From NCBI GenBank assembly GCA_965223425.1, contig OZ245003.1, positions 1,824,001 to 1,888,000 on the forward strand: DNA of 64,000 nucleotides, in the 5' to 3' direction. Positions 22,150 to 33,033 of the stretch are shown here, one piece after another (the stretch's first letter is position 1; each line of letters starts with the position of its first letter). Under the pieces are notes generated by a model, which was not told the origin of the DNA, did not search any database, and saw only the letters and a program-made list of their open reading frames with translations. Made by a program: the position numbers and the translations under genes. This stretch comes from Nitrosopumilus sp. (GTDB lineage: Archaea; Thermoproteota; Nitrososphaeria; Nitrososphaerales; Nitrosopumilaceae).

Positions 22150-24452
22150 ATGAAGGTTACAGGCTTTGATGTACGTTCTAAAACTTGTTTGGACACATGT
22201 CCAAGCTCCTCATCAGTTCCCCCAAGACCTTTTTTACCCATAACAATCAAATCCACGCCCAATTTATCGGCCATTTCAGATATTTTTGTTGGCGGATTGC
22301 CCAACTTTACAATTCGCTTGTAATCGTGTAGCTGTTTTGGAACAACTATACTTCTTAGAATTAATCTGCCTTCCTTTTGCATTTGTACAGTTAATTCTTC
22401 ATCTATATTTTCATCATTTTCATCGGACCACTCCATTACATGAAGAAGATAGATTCGTACTAGATTTGAGCCTCGGAAAAGATAGTTTGCATTGTTCAAA
22501 GCCTTCAGTGATTTTATAGAACCATCCACTGGAACCAAAATTTTCATTACAGGTTTATTTTTATCTATTTTATCTTCATCAAGCTCTTTTTGTTTGGAGG
22601 GTTTTTCCATATTTGCTCTTTGAATAATTGTACCAATACTTGTTCGTGCCTCAATTAATGGTAAAATCATAGTAACCCCCGCAGCCCCAAATGCCCAAAC
22701 CATTACAAGCAATACCCAAGCAGTAAATGACTCCAATGTAAAAACAAACTCTGTAAGATACAAAGACAATGGCCAAACTATTACAAGAAATAGTGAAAGT
22801 CCAAATCCAACACGTTTACAAAACGTAGATGCCCTAGACAATATTTCCTCATCAGTGTCACGTTTAATCATGGAACGGACCCTATCATCAGCTAAGAGAA
22901 TTTTTTGTTTCAACATACGGAAATCAAAGTTTTCTGGAATCAGCAAGCTTCCAATAACTGTTATTGCCAAGCTTACCAGTATAGAGGTGATATTTCCAAC
23001 AAAAAGTAGAAGAATGTTGCCAGTTGAAGTTATTGTAATTTCGCCAAACATCATGTAAGCGGCCAAAAACCAAGTAGCAAGCCCAGAGATCAGTCCCACT
23101 ATTGCTGCACTAGTTGCAGCAATTCGGTTGGTTTTCTTCCACAAAATTGCAAAAGAGATAGGTGCCACTGCAGAGCCAATCAATATTCCCATTGTCAAAT
23201 AGACATATTGCAGGCTAACACCAAATTGGAATAATACAGATGCCAAAAGACCCATCCCCAGTCCAAATCCAATAATTGCAAATCTGGAAATTCGCATGAG
23301 TTCTCTGCCTGAAGCAGAAGGTTTCAGGTAGGTTCGAAATACATCATAAGTCATCAATGAGGATACGCTAACTAATTGAGAAGATCCTGCAGCCACTACT
23401 GCTGTAAAGACAATGGTGAGAATCAAAATAGCACCCAGATCGCCCATCAGATTGGCAGCTGCAGTAGGGGCCACAAGTCCAAGACCAATTTGATCCTCAG
23501 TTAATGTCACTCCCGTAGCTACTGCAGCCAAACCAAGTGTAGTGGCAAGAGTAAACGGTATGGCAAACCAAGCCAGACCGCCAATTATGAATCCACCAGC
23601 AGCAGCTTTTGGTCTTGCAGCAATTGCTCTTTGCCAATAGGACTGGTCCACAAAGACTGTTCCAAAGTTTCCCACAATGTTGATTATTCCAAAAATTAGT
23701 GCGCCAATTGATGCAAGTGTAAGGTATGTTCCAAGCACATTTCCCTCTACTGGGTTTAGAATAGATGCCTGGGTAAGCTTTTCATACATTCCTGAAATTC
23801 CGCCAATATCAGGACTGGCAAAATAGATTACAGTTACAAAAATCAAAACTACAACAAAGATAAAGGCCGCATTAAGATATTCAGCAAAGAATGTGGCCTT
23901 TAGTCCGCCAAAAACAGTGTAAATGACAATTCCAAGTGGTATCAAAAATGCTGCAATAGTTATGTCAACCCCAGTAAGTGAGTTTACTACAGCTGCGCCC
24001 CCAAGTATCAGCATTGCAGTAACAATAGTATTTGTCATTAGTCCAAAAAACAAAAATACTTTGTGGGGGTGTTTTCCAAATCTTACATAAAGCATTTCGG
24101 GAAATGTGTGGGTCATTGGTGCTTTTCGTTTGAGCTCTATTGCAAGAATTGAAAATAAAATTACTTGAATGCTAGCTCCTGCGGCATACCAAAACGAACC
24201 ACCCATGCCAAATTCATAAGTTACAGTTGAAGATTGCAGCAAGGTTGCAGCCCAGGTCCATGCAGATACAATAGAGGATGCAATCAACCCTGTTTTGATG
24301 GTTCTGCCTGCAGTGTAAAACCACTCAAAAGTTTTCCGTGTTCCCAGCCATTTGGTTTCTGCCTTTACCATCAGGGTAACGGCCAATGCCAGAATCAAAC
24401 CAACGCCAACAAGTACAACATACCCCACATTTTCAGGCAGAATTGACTCCAT
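22146..24452 (-). CDS. Second DUR3-type symporter fused to C-terminal universal stress protein (USP) domain
   Basis: DUR3 motifs plus KILVPVDGS...DLIVMGKKGLG...LGHVS...PVTFI. Confidence 0.92.
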   Translation of the reverse strand: MESILPENVGYVVLVGVGLILALAVTLMVKAETKWLGTRKTFEWFYTAGRTIKTGLIASSIVSAWTWAATLLQSSTVTYEFGMGGSFWYAAGASIQVILFSILAIELKRKAPMTHTFPEMLYVRFGKHPHKVFLFFGLMTNTIVTAMLILGGAAVVNSLTGVDITIAAFLIPLGIVIYTVFGGLKATFFAEYLNAAFIFVVVLIFVTVIYFASPDIGGISGMYEKLTQASILNPVEGNVLGTYLTLASIGALIFGIINIVGNFGTVFVDQSYWQRAIAARPKAAAGGFIIGGLAWFAIPFTLATTLGLAAVATGVTLTEDQIGLGLVAPTAAANLMGDLGAILILTIVFTAVVAAGSSQLVSVSSLMTYDVFRTYLKPSASGRELMRISRFAIIGFGLGMGLLASVLFQFGVSLQYVYLTMGILIGSAVAPISFAILWKKTNRIAATSAAIVGLISGLATWFLAAYMMFGEITITSTGNILLLFVGNITSILVSLAITVIGSLLIPENFDFRMLKQKILLADDRVRSMIKRDTDEEILSRASTFCKRVGFGLSLFLVIVWPLSLYLTEFVFTLESFTAWVLLVMVWAFGAAGVTMILPLIEARTSIGTIIQRANMEKPSKQKELDEDKIDKNKPVMKILVPVDGSIKSLKALNNANYLFRGSNLVRIYLLHVMEWSDENDENIDEELTVQMQKEGRLILRSIVVPKQLHDYKRIVKLGNPPTKISEMADKLGVDLIVMGKKGLGGTDEELGHVSKQVLERTSKPVTFI

Positions 24453-24573
24453 AGTTCTATTGAAAGCTCAAATCTAGTATTAAAATAATAATTTTGGGTT
24501 TAATCAGAGTCGGGAAATAAGTAAAAAGACTTTCAAAAAGACATTAAATACTTGATCTGCAAAGTGAAGGTGA

Positions 24574-25113
24574 ATGGTAGACAGGATAGATGAAATAATA
24601 ATTTCAGGTCTCAGTCAGAATTCAAAACAAAGTACTTTTGAATTATGGGATTTCCTAAAGGGGTTTGGCTACAACATATCACAAGAAGAGATCGAATCTA
24701 GAATTTCAGTGTTAGAAGAAGAAGGTGTGATCAAAAAGTATGTTGTTTCAGTTGACTCTAAAAAAATTCCAGGCAGAGTAATACGAGTTGATTTGGTTAC
24801 ATTTAGAACATCACAAGCATTACCCAAAAGACTTGAGGGTTTGAAAAAATACCTGAATGATGCACCATTTGTAGTATTCTCAGGACGTACAAGAGGGGGA
24901 TATGACTGGATTACGGTAAAATCATTTTTGTCCGATGAGATGGCAGATGAAGAAAATGATATTTACAGGAATCTCTTTGGGGACATAATTCAAATCTATG
25001 AGGTTTATGATTTTATTCCACAGACAGAGGCATCCCTTAGTGGATTAACATATACAGAAACAGAATACAAAAAATTTCTTAAGGAATGGGTGCCTCCATT
25101 TATTGGGAAATAG
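24574..25113 (+). CDS. Lrp/AsnC-family regulator
   Basis: DRIDEIII...RISVLEEEGVIKKY; divergent from the transporter. Confidence 0.8.
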   Translation: MVDRIDEIIISGLSQNSKQSTFELWDFLKGFGYNISQEEIESRISVLEEEGVIKKYVVSVDSKKIPGRVIRVDLVTFRTSQALPKRLEGLKKYLNDAPFVVFSGRTRGGYDWITVKSFLSDEMADEENDIYRNLFGDIIQIYEVYDFIPQTEASLSGLTYTETEYKKFLKEWVPPFIGK

Positions 25114-25129
25114 TCGACGTCGACAAAGT

Positions 25130-25999
25130 TTATTTTGAATATTTCTTTTTGTGCTGAATGCTCTCATCTATCAGTGAATGTGTGATTCGCCTCAAATTCA
25201 TCAGAAATTCTATCAGTTCTGCACGCTTTGAGGGGGCAACTTTATGGGCATCATCAATAAGATCGTCAATTCTGGACAGAGTAACCTTTAGAGTAAGAGT
25301 GCTTTTTCGTACAATACTGAGTTCTTTGGAATTTTTGTTTTTAGAGTCGGTATTTTGAGGTTTTTCAGGCAAGTTACTTTTCATCTTTCGAATCTGCCTG
25401 ACAGTTAGTTTGTTGTGGACAATCTCATCAATAAAATCATTTTTGACTGAGGACTCCACAGTAGTTAATTCAAGTGCTTGACTAACACTTAGGTTGTTGC
25501 TAGTAATTTTTTCTTTGATATCTTTTGGTAATTTTAATAGTTGCATTCTATGAGATACGTGCTCTACGCTTTTACCTATCTTTTTTGACAGATCACTTGC
25601 TCCACCCCAACCAAAATCAACCACATATTTTTGGAAGGCCTCGGCCTCCTCAAGGGGATCCATGGACTTTCGCTGTATGTTTTCTGTAAGTTGTACCTCA
25701 TATGCTTGCTTGTCAGAAAACTCTCTAATCTTGCATGGGAGAAATCTCCACCTTAGGCTCTTGCATGCAGAAAATCTCCTATGGCCGGCAACAATTTCAA
25801 ATCCGTGTTCTAGAGGCCTTACAACAATTGGCTGGAGAAGCCCGTGTTCTTTGATGCTTTTTTTCAGATTGGCAAATTCGGCGGAATTTTTGGAGTTATC
25901 ATACCGTACAGGGAATTTTGAGGGCCTTATCATTCGCAGTTCTATTTGTTCAACAATTGAGTTATCAAATATTTCCAATATCAGAACCCTGAATATCAT
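25130..25999 (-). CDS. ParB/Spo0J-family protein
   Basis: SIKEHGLLQPIVV, IVAGHRR, ENIQR, HTH. Confidence 0.9.
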   Translation of the reverse strand: MIFRVLILEIFDNSIVEQIELRMIRPSKFPVRYDNSKNSAEFANLKKSIKEHGLLQPIVVRPLEHGFEIVAGHRRFSACKSLRWRFLPCKIREFSDKQAYEVQLTENIQRKSMDPLEEAEAFQKYVVDFGWGGASDLSKKIGKSVEHVSHRMQLLKLPKDIKEKITSNNLSVSQALELTTVESSVKNDFIDEIVHNKLTVRQIRKMKSNLPEKPQNTDSKNKNSKELSIVRKSTLTLKVTLSRIDDLIDDAHKVAPSKRAELIEFLMNLRRITHSLIDESIQHKKKYSK

Positions 26000-26288
26000 A
26001 ACAGGCTACAAAGTATTTATTGATTTTTAGATTAGGCATTGCGATAAAAAAGGCAAAACGCATGAAAAAGGCAGAGGATGTTGCTGTTTGATTTTGGTGA
26101 TCTGAAACCCAAATTGATCAGTCCACATTGACAAAAACGGCAGTGATCTGATGGCTCTGTGCATGGGCCTGTCTGCAGTTTTAAAAGGATCTATTTCAGA
26201 TAATGGTGCCTTTCCGCCGGTTCATTCTTGTAAATATCTACAGGTATGATTATGCAGTAATGGTTTTATTTTATCTAAAAAGAAAAAT

Positions 26289-26870
26289 GTGAATAAAATG
26301 AAAAATTGGAGATTACCATTTCTGGTAGTAGGCATATTACTGATTATTACAGTAGGAATACAGCCAGTATTTGCTGAAAAAATAGTTTCAATCCAAAAGA
26401 CAGTAGATATTGACAGAGAATCACTGACTGATTCCATTTCCAGTCTAGAAAAATATTCACAAATTTTGCCAGATTATATTCAATCATCCAAATTAACAAA
26501 AGACAATACAGCAAATATGAAAATAGGAATAGGCTGGATCACTATTGACATGGATATAAAATTTGCAGAATCAAATGACAAAGTCACACTTGAAGTAATT
26601 TCAGGTGATTTTAGGGGAACAAAACTCTATGTGACAATGTCTGAGAAAACCAAAGACAGTACCAATGAAAAGACGGATGTTTCAGCAGAAATGCATCTTC
26701 AAAGAAGTTGGCATATGGGAGTTTTGACATCATTTGTATCTGATAATGATATCAAATCTATGCTAAATACAAGTCTAAATGGATTAGTTGAATATGCAAA
26801 AAATCCGCCAACCTATGAGAAAGCAATAGAAGAGAAAGAGAGATTCTGTATTTTTGGTTTATGCTTTTAG
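26289..26870 (+). CDS. Secreted hypothetical protein, possibly SRPBCC/START-like
   Basis: Signal peptide; weak fold pattern. Confidence 0.6.
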   Translation: MNKMKNWRLPFLVVGILLIITVGIQPVFAEKIVSIQKTVDIDRESLTDSISSLEKYSQILPDYIQSSKLTKDNTANMKIGIGWITIDMDIKFAESNDKVTLEVISGDFRGTKLYVTMSEKTKDSTNEKTDVSAEMHLQRSWHMGVLTSFVSDNDIKSMLNTSLNGLVEYAKNPPTYEKAIEEKERFCIFGLCF

Positions 26871-27592
26871 TTATCTAAGACACAAGAATTAGTTACTGGA
26901 TCAAAGACAGTTTCTGCTCCACATTTTGAGTTAGTTTTACCAGAGGATGTGGAATCACCAGTATCTAAGACACACGAATTAGTTACTGGATCAAAGACAG
27001 TTTCTGCTCCACATTTTGAGTTAGTTTTACCAGTGGATGGGGAATCAGTACCAGTATCCACAGTTCCCACTTTAGAGTCGGCAACATCTACTTTAGAATC
27101 AGCAACAGCTGATCTTTCCAAAACATTATCAAAGAATCCCTGAGTATAACCTGCACCAAGAATTATCAAAACCAATACAGGAATTCCAACCATAACAGGA
27201 ATTTTCCATCCAATAGTTTTTGTTTGATTTTTTGAACGAATGGAAGAGGTTGGTTTTTCTTCTGGATCAGTTTCTGTACCAACCTCAAACAAAGATGCGC
27301 CGCAAGCCATACAGAAATTAGCACCCAACGGGCCTTTTTTTCCACACTTCCAGCAATGAATCATTTCTTTATCATCATAGTCAGTTTCTGAATTCTCATC
27401 AGTTTCTGCTTGTTGCTTCAAAACGTGGTTTACAAGATATTTTTCTCTCATTTTTTCCAAATAATTTTTATCAGTAATCCAGATAGTTTTATTTTGAATG
27501 TAGGCTTGTTTGATATGTTCTAGTCTATATGAATCACCTACACCGAGTTTTAGTAGGGCATTTACATCATCCACTACATCCTGGGAGTCCAT
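26867..27592 (-). CDS. Zn-ribbon membrane protein with duplicated Cys motif
   Basis: CWKC...CMAC, one TM helix, 2x GKTNSKCGAETVFDPVTNSCVLD (90-bp period). Confidence 0.8.
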   Translation of the reverse strand: MDSQDVVDDVNALLKLGVGDSYRLEHIKQAYIQNKTIWITDKNYLEKMREKYLVNHVLKQQAETDENSETDYDDKEMIHCWKCGKKGPLGANFCMACGASLFEVGTETDPEEKPTSSIRSKNQTKTIGWKIPVMVGIPVLVLIILGAGYTQGFFDNVLERSAVADSKVDVADSKVGTVDTGTDSPSTGKTNSKCGAETVFDPVTNSCVLDTGDSTSSGKTNSKCGAETVFDPVTNSCVLDN

Positions 27593-27882
27593 GATAATTC
27601 CATTCTGAGGTTATTCAAAATTGTTTCTTTTTAACCACTGAAAAAGACAAAAAATGCTTCAAACTTATGCAGTTAAAAGTTTCATATGACGCTTATCGTC
27701 TTGAAAATATTCGTCTAATTTGCTTGTAGTGCCTCCAAATAGCAAGTTTTTGAACAACAGCCTTTGTGACCTATAGAATGCGATGTTATGCAAACAGGGC
27801 AGATTTTCATGCCAATACCTGAATTGTTTGTATTTCAGATGTAGAATCAAAACAATCATCTCTTTTTACAACTAGCTCAAGT

Positions 27883-27906
27883 AGACAGACAGACAGACAG
27901 ACAGAC
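27883..27906. repeat. (AGAC)6 microsatellite
   Basis: Read directly. Confidence 0.85.
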
Positions 27907-28009
27907 ATGTTATTTTTGATAAAAACTTGATATTTTTTGTGCGATTTGAGAACGCTAGCGAAGTCTTCGTGAACGGTTCTTCTGCTGTGTTGCACAACCA
28001 AATAATTAT

Positions 28010-28640
28010 TCAGTCTACGCTAGACAATGATTCATTGTTCATCAAACACTTGGTTATCATGTGTTCAAACAAATTATACAGCAACGCCTTGATTTCCAAC
28101 TCCTTTACCATGTTGCAGTATTTGGTTGCCATGACATGTTCTCCAAAGAACCGTTTGAATGATAAGAATACACCCTCTATACTCCACCTCTCACCACAAA
28201 TTATGCCAAGATTCCACAGCATCAAATTGTACATTTGTACCAAAACAGATTTTCTTCTTGGATAGCAATCAGTATTTACTGACGATGTCTTGCAAATCTT
28301 GATTGCAGGCAGTATCTCCTTGTCATAATACAGATACGAAAAATTGTCCTTTGAATCACATGCGCCATCGCCTAGAACCTTTGCAATCCTGTTGCCTGTC
28401 TTTTCTGCATTCTCTACCAAAAAGGAAGGTGTTAAGCGTCATGGGAGCACTCATCAGTTACCTTCATGGACAGGATTTTTTTGTCTTGATATCAGCTGTT
28501 ACGTGAATCTTCAGAAATCCTCGTTTTGGTGTCTTTTTCCATTTGTGTCTCATCCATTCCCCTCTGTTTGCAACTTTGATTCCCGTTCTGTCAATTGCAA
28601 TGACAACATCATGCTGAATTGACCTTTAGCTTGCGCCAAG
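28010..28640 (-). pseudogene. Degenerate IS5-family transposase
   Basis: IAIDRTGIK, GFLKIHV, GDGACDS, RWSIEGVFLSFKRFFG across frameshifts. Confidence 0.8.
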
Positions 28641-28683
28641 ATAGAACAGATTTGGGCCATCGGTTCAGTCAGGAAAAAATGTT

Positions 28684-28953
28684 TCAGTCTTTGCCGTAGA
28701 CTGACTTGTGGTCGCATACTCTAAGAAATTCAATCGTGTTGTCACTTCAGTTGACATTGTAGATTATCCTGTACTTTCTGCCTATATCGTATGCAAACAC
28801 TCTCTTGCTCTGCTTGTATTTTCCAAGACGTGCAGGATTTTCAGTGGTGAGTAGTTCCAATACGGCTTCCTCCACTCTTTTTTGTATTTTGGAATCTAGC
28901 CTACCAAATTGTTTGGAAAATACGGGACGTCTATCTGGAATCCATCCAGTCAA
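28684..28953 (-). pseudogene. RelE/ParE-family toxin with in-frame TGA
   Basis: FSKQFGRLD...IGRKYRIIYNVN*SDNTIEFLRVCDHKSVYGKD. Confidence 0.8.
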
Positions 28954-29087
28954 GAGTTATGCAACTCTTCAAGAAATTCTTCAATTGATGATGTTTTTCT
29001 GTCTTTTGATTGATAGAATTCATCAATGTCTTTGATCTCCTCAGGAGTAAGATCATCTACCTCTCTTGTATCGGACATATGTCTCAT
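28950..29087 (-). CDS. 45-aa acidic putative antitoxin (absent from ORF track)
   Basis: MRHMSDTREVDDLTPEEIKDIDEFY...SIEEFLEELHNS; TTGA overlap with the toxin. Confidence 0.7.
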   Translation of the reverse strand: MRHMSDTREVDDLTPEEIKDIDEFYQSKDRKTSSIEEFLEELHNS

Positions 29088-29500
29088 GTATGTTACACTC
29101 TTAAAAAAAGATTAAGAGTCAAGAATTCCTACGAGTTCCCGCCTTATCTTTTTGAGCGCCTTTTTGTGCTTTCTTAGGCGCATAGAGCCCTGTGCAATTC
29201 CCAAGAGATTCCACGCGTCATGCATTATCTTGGCCAGATGTCTTGTCATGGCATCAGAGATTATCGAGTATGTCATACTACGGCATGTCATTGTACGGCA
29301 TCATTACTTGCAGTGATTTGTATCATTATTATTCTTCTTGAAGATCTGCAAACGTACATGAGAAATGAAGATACTTGTGATCTAAAGATGGATTTGTACA
29401 ATAATTTAGATCAATGGCTAGTCATGCAACACAGCAAAACGTAGATTACACAGAACCCCATGAACAGCTAGTTAAAATTAGATGAGATTTGAATAAAACC

Positions 29501-29632
29501 GTGAAAGCCCGATTTAATGGGAAATGTGTCGAATGCGGAGAGATAATCAAAGTAGGCAAGGAGATTCTAAAAAACTCCAAAGAAAAATGGGTTCATAAAG
29601 CATGTTCTGATTTAGAAGAAGAATTACCATAA
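29501..29632 (+). CDS. 43-aa zinc-binding protein (absent from ORF track)
   Basis: MKARFNGKCVECG...WVHKAC. Confidence 0.7.
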   Translation: MKARFNGKCVECGEIIKVGKEILKNSKEKWVHKACSDLEEELP

Positions 29633-29697
29633 TTACAAACAAAATTGGAACAAATTAGTAACAAGTTTTTTAAGGTACCTGAAAAAAGAAAAGAAAG

Positions 29698-30126
29698 ATG
29701 ATTGCAAAATCAAACATGTTTTTGATGGCCTCGATTATGACGGTGTTTGGAATAATGATGATTCCAAGCAGTATTTCAGCTGAAACTAGTCAAAATATTG
29801 TTACGATAACTCCAATTAATGAAGAAATTAGTTTGCAAAAAACAATAACTACGATGAATGTTCCTCAAGACAACAAACTTCCATGGGGAATAGTCAAAGG
29901 TTCTGCATCAGACTATGTTGAAAGGTATCCAATAATTATTCAATTTTACAAAGGAGAAGAACCAGTTCATTTTAATCAAGTTGATGTAAAAGGAGATGGC
30001 TCTTATGAATACAAATTCAGAGTCACAAGTCTTGATTCAAACACTGGGGAGTTTATCAATATTTTTGAGGGGGGTTATACTGTGAAAATCTTCAGAGTAA
30101 TTCCAAATAATAATGAACTAGTATAA
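29698..30126 (+). CDS. Secreted hypothetical protein
   Basis: Signal peptide; beta-rich. Confidence 0.75.
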   Translation: MIAKSNMFLMASIMTVFGIMMIPSSISAETSQNIVTITPINEEISLQKTITTMNVPQDNKLPWGIVKGSASDYVERYPIIIQFYKGEEPVHFNQVDVKGDGSYEYKFRVTSLDSNTGEFINIFEGGYTVKIFRVIPNNNELV

Positions 30127-30224
30127 AGTTGATAAGGCTAACTTGATGCCCTTTATCTTTGAGTTTACCAAGAATCTAGTTTGCAACTTTGATTCCATAT
30201 CTTTCAGATCTTACAGAACCAAAT

Positions 30225-30827
30225 CAGTAGTTGGGATTGTACCGTTCCAAAACAGCCCACAAATCACCCGGTAGGCGGTGGTGGCCACCTGGCATACACA
30301 TATGCTGCAAACACGCAGATTATCCTGTTTAAAACGCCTGCAAGTGTCACATGGTACCTTTGTCTGCCCACCGTGCGACGCAGGCCTATCCAGATGTTGT
30401 TTAGCACCAGTGACAAGACAAACAAAAGCATCCGTACGGAGGGGTTCCTGCTGGCAGTGCGCGGGCGTATGCTCTTTGCAGACCTGTACCCCGTTTCAAT
30501 CCCCCAACGTTTTTTGTACTGCTCTGGGATGTATTTGACAACGTCCCTTTCGCTCTCGTATGGCAGCGACGTTGCAAATGCGTGGTACCTGTCAAACATG
30601 GTGCCGTCTTTTTTCCTGGCGTTGTCTCTGATCAGAACCAGGTTGAACGTGAACTTTTCGGAGCCGGACTGTATGGTGTACCGGGAGACATCGCCGCGCT
30701 TTCCTTGGGCGTGCTGTACAATGGCGCGCTTGATGCCGGCATTCTTTTTTGCCGGCATGATAAAATGCCTGTGAAGCGATCTGACAGTCTGCATCACGTC
30801 TGTTGCGTAAAACTCCCTGTCAAGAAG
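30225..30827 (-). mobile_element. 3' remnant of ISH3-family element
   Basis: YKKRWGIETGYR (ORF 30264-30797); end CAGTAGTT at 30225; truncated by the next IS. Confidence 0.78.
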
Positions 30828-32070
30828 CAGCTAAGCGAAATCTGCTCTAATTCGGGCCAAATCGGCTACAAAATGCAAACAGATCAATGAGGGTACGACC
30901 CCATGATTTCTGTTGTTGAGACAAAAAACCAGACAGGGCCGCGAACTGTTAAACAATCCACGCATATATGAAGATGTTGCAGACGGCGCCAAAAACATGC
31001 TTGCATGCGCCAACACATCAGACAGGTACAACGCAACGTTTGGACCAGATGATCTGAACTGCGGCATGCTAAAGGCTGCCACCATGATTCTTCTGTAGCA
31101 GATGCGCAAAGGCGAAGGCGCAAAGGCTGCGATACCCCGTCTGACAGGTGGATTGCATCGGCAATCAAGGGATGAGCAGGATGCAATCCAGCACACGCTT
31201 GAAGGCCAGATAGCAAGGCATCTTGAAACCCTCAAAAGACTGGGCAGGGTTCCAAAAAAAGGACTGGACATGGCAATTGACATGCACCTCATACCGCGCT
31301 ATGACAGGGTACCGGGGGCGGAGCTGACACGTTCCAAATACAAGAACGGAACCAAATACTTGAGCGTTACATGAGTCCAGTGCGTAAATGACAAGATGCG
31401 TATCGTTCTTGCCGCATCATACCTGAAGATGCTTGAATCCGTGCCTGATTACGTGGATGCCGTCCTCAAAACCATGGCAGGGATGGGGGCATCAGGATAC
31501 ACCTGGTGTTGCTTGACCGTGAGTTCTTCTCAGTTGATGCGATAAGCAAGCTGCAGGAAAACAACGTAAAGTTTCTGATGCCGTGCAGGAACACGTACAA
31601 CGTGGTGGCCGCCTGCAAGAGTTTGCACAGGGGAAGAGAAGGAAAATCTCAGGGAACGTAATTGAAAACAACCTGGGTTCTGCTGCTGAATATTCCATGA
31701 TAATAACTGACAGAAAAAAGGCCAAAGACTCTGATGACCCAGAGGGAGGTATACATCGGGTTTGCAACAAACCATCCCGCAGTCAGGACTGAGGTCTATG
31801 CCAAAAGATGGGGGATAAAGATGAGTACGGCAAAATCGAGGAGTGCGGGGCCAAGACACGAATCACAGACATGGAATCGCGGATGCTGTGCTTTTACCAT
31901 TCTCTGGTATTGTACAATGAATGGGTGATTGTCAGGGCAATGCTTTCTGACGGCACTGAAAGGCAGTGCCATGACCATGCTGACGTTTAAGGTGCAGCTG
32001 GAATCGCTTCCCATACGCCAGTCCAAACCGCCTACATGATCTCAGGCTTGGGACACATTTCGCTTAGCTG
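30828..32070 (+). mobile_element. ISH3-like element with decayed transposase
   Basis: 14-bp TIR CAGCTAAGCGAAAT; AIDMH, LLDREFF, YAKRWGI in different frames; no TSD. Confidence 0.82.
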
Positions 32071-32362
32071 GAATAAAGCCTTTGATTCGTCTAAGTGAAT
32101 ATACGATCAGACAGATGCAAGATATTCCATAACCAATAACCAGCAGCGACAGCCTCAGGTTAAAGTGGCATTCTTCTGGCGCCTCCTCTATGTTGCTGTC
32201 CATTAATAATTGTGAATACTCCACGGTCTCCAACATGCACTGATACGTAAACAGGTAAACCGTGTTTACATCCCCCGGGAGTTGTGGAAATGAGGAAAAA
32301 AATGAAAACAAGCACAGTAAAAATATCCCAGAGAACAATAATGCAAATGTTTTTTTGAACAT
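32042..32362 (-). CDS. Two-TM hypothetical protein running into the IS end
   Basis: Two hydrophobic helices; last codons are IS-derived. Confidence 0.5.
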   Translation of the reverse strand: MFKKTFALLFSGIFLLCLFSFFSSFPQLPGDVNTVYLFTYQCMLETVEYSQLLMDSNIEEAPEECHFNLRLSLLVIGYGISCICLIVYSLRRIKGFIPAKRNVSQA

Positions 32363-32684
32363 GATAAAAAAAGGGATGGTTATGGATAGTCAATTAATGC
32401 TTCTGACTGTCCAGTCTGCCGTGATTGTCCATGATAAAACACAAACAGGTATTCTGGCAGTCGTCTTCCCAACTACAATGTTAGTAATGTTGACTGCGCC
32501 ATTCATATTCGCAACGGTTGACGGTAACAACGATTGGCCGAATGCGCTTACACTCGAGGTCTAGGTGGCTGTCGTGATCCTCATAGCCAAGGTTAACACC
32601 CGACCCATTTTGGGAAAACCATCCAAAGAATTAACAGTGTATAAAAAACGTTAGTAATAAATCACAGAGTATCAGACTATCGAT

Positions 32685-32969
32685 ATGACTGAATTAGAAC
32701 ACAAATACGAAGTTGAAATCAAAGAAAGGGAAGAAAAGCAAAAACTACCTGATGATGTGAAAGCTGAGCTAAAAGCATCAGGAATGATGGATGACAAAGG
32801 AAAACTCAAGCTAAAAGGAGTCAGTCCAAAAATGCTCAAAAGAATGAAACAGGAATATGTAGAATGTCCGGTTTTAAAGGCAGACACACAGTTTATCCAG
32901 TGTTTTGTGTGTCCAAATTTCCAAAGCAGGGTTACAGGCAAAGTTCTTTGTAAAGGTGATCCTCTCTAG
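32685..32969 (+). CDS. Hypothetical Cys-containing protein
   Basis: ECP...QCFVCP...LC. Confidence 0.75.
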   Translation: MTELEHKYEVEIKEREEKQKLPDDVKAELKASGMMDDKGKLKLKGVSPKMLKRMKQEYVECPVLKADTQFIQCFVCPNFQSRVTGKVLCKGDPL

Positions 32970-33033
32970 TATTCAAACAAATCGAGGTTCTCACGAAAAG
33001 CTCATTAGTTAAATTAATTCTTTGAATTCTAGT

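Noticed and set aside
28747-28749. In-frame TGA as selenocysteine or recoding
   Set aside because: Not a catalytic Cys position, no supporting structure seen, and the region is rich in pseudogenes
29100-29450. Possible gene or IS relic
   Set aside because: No assignable motif or ends
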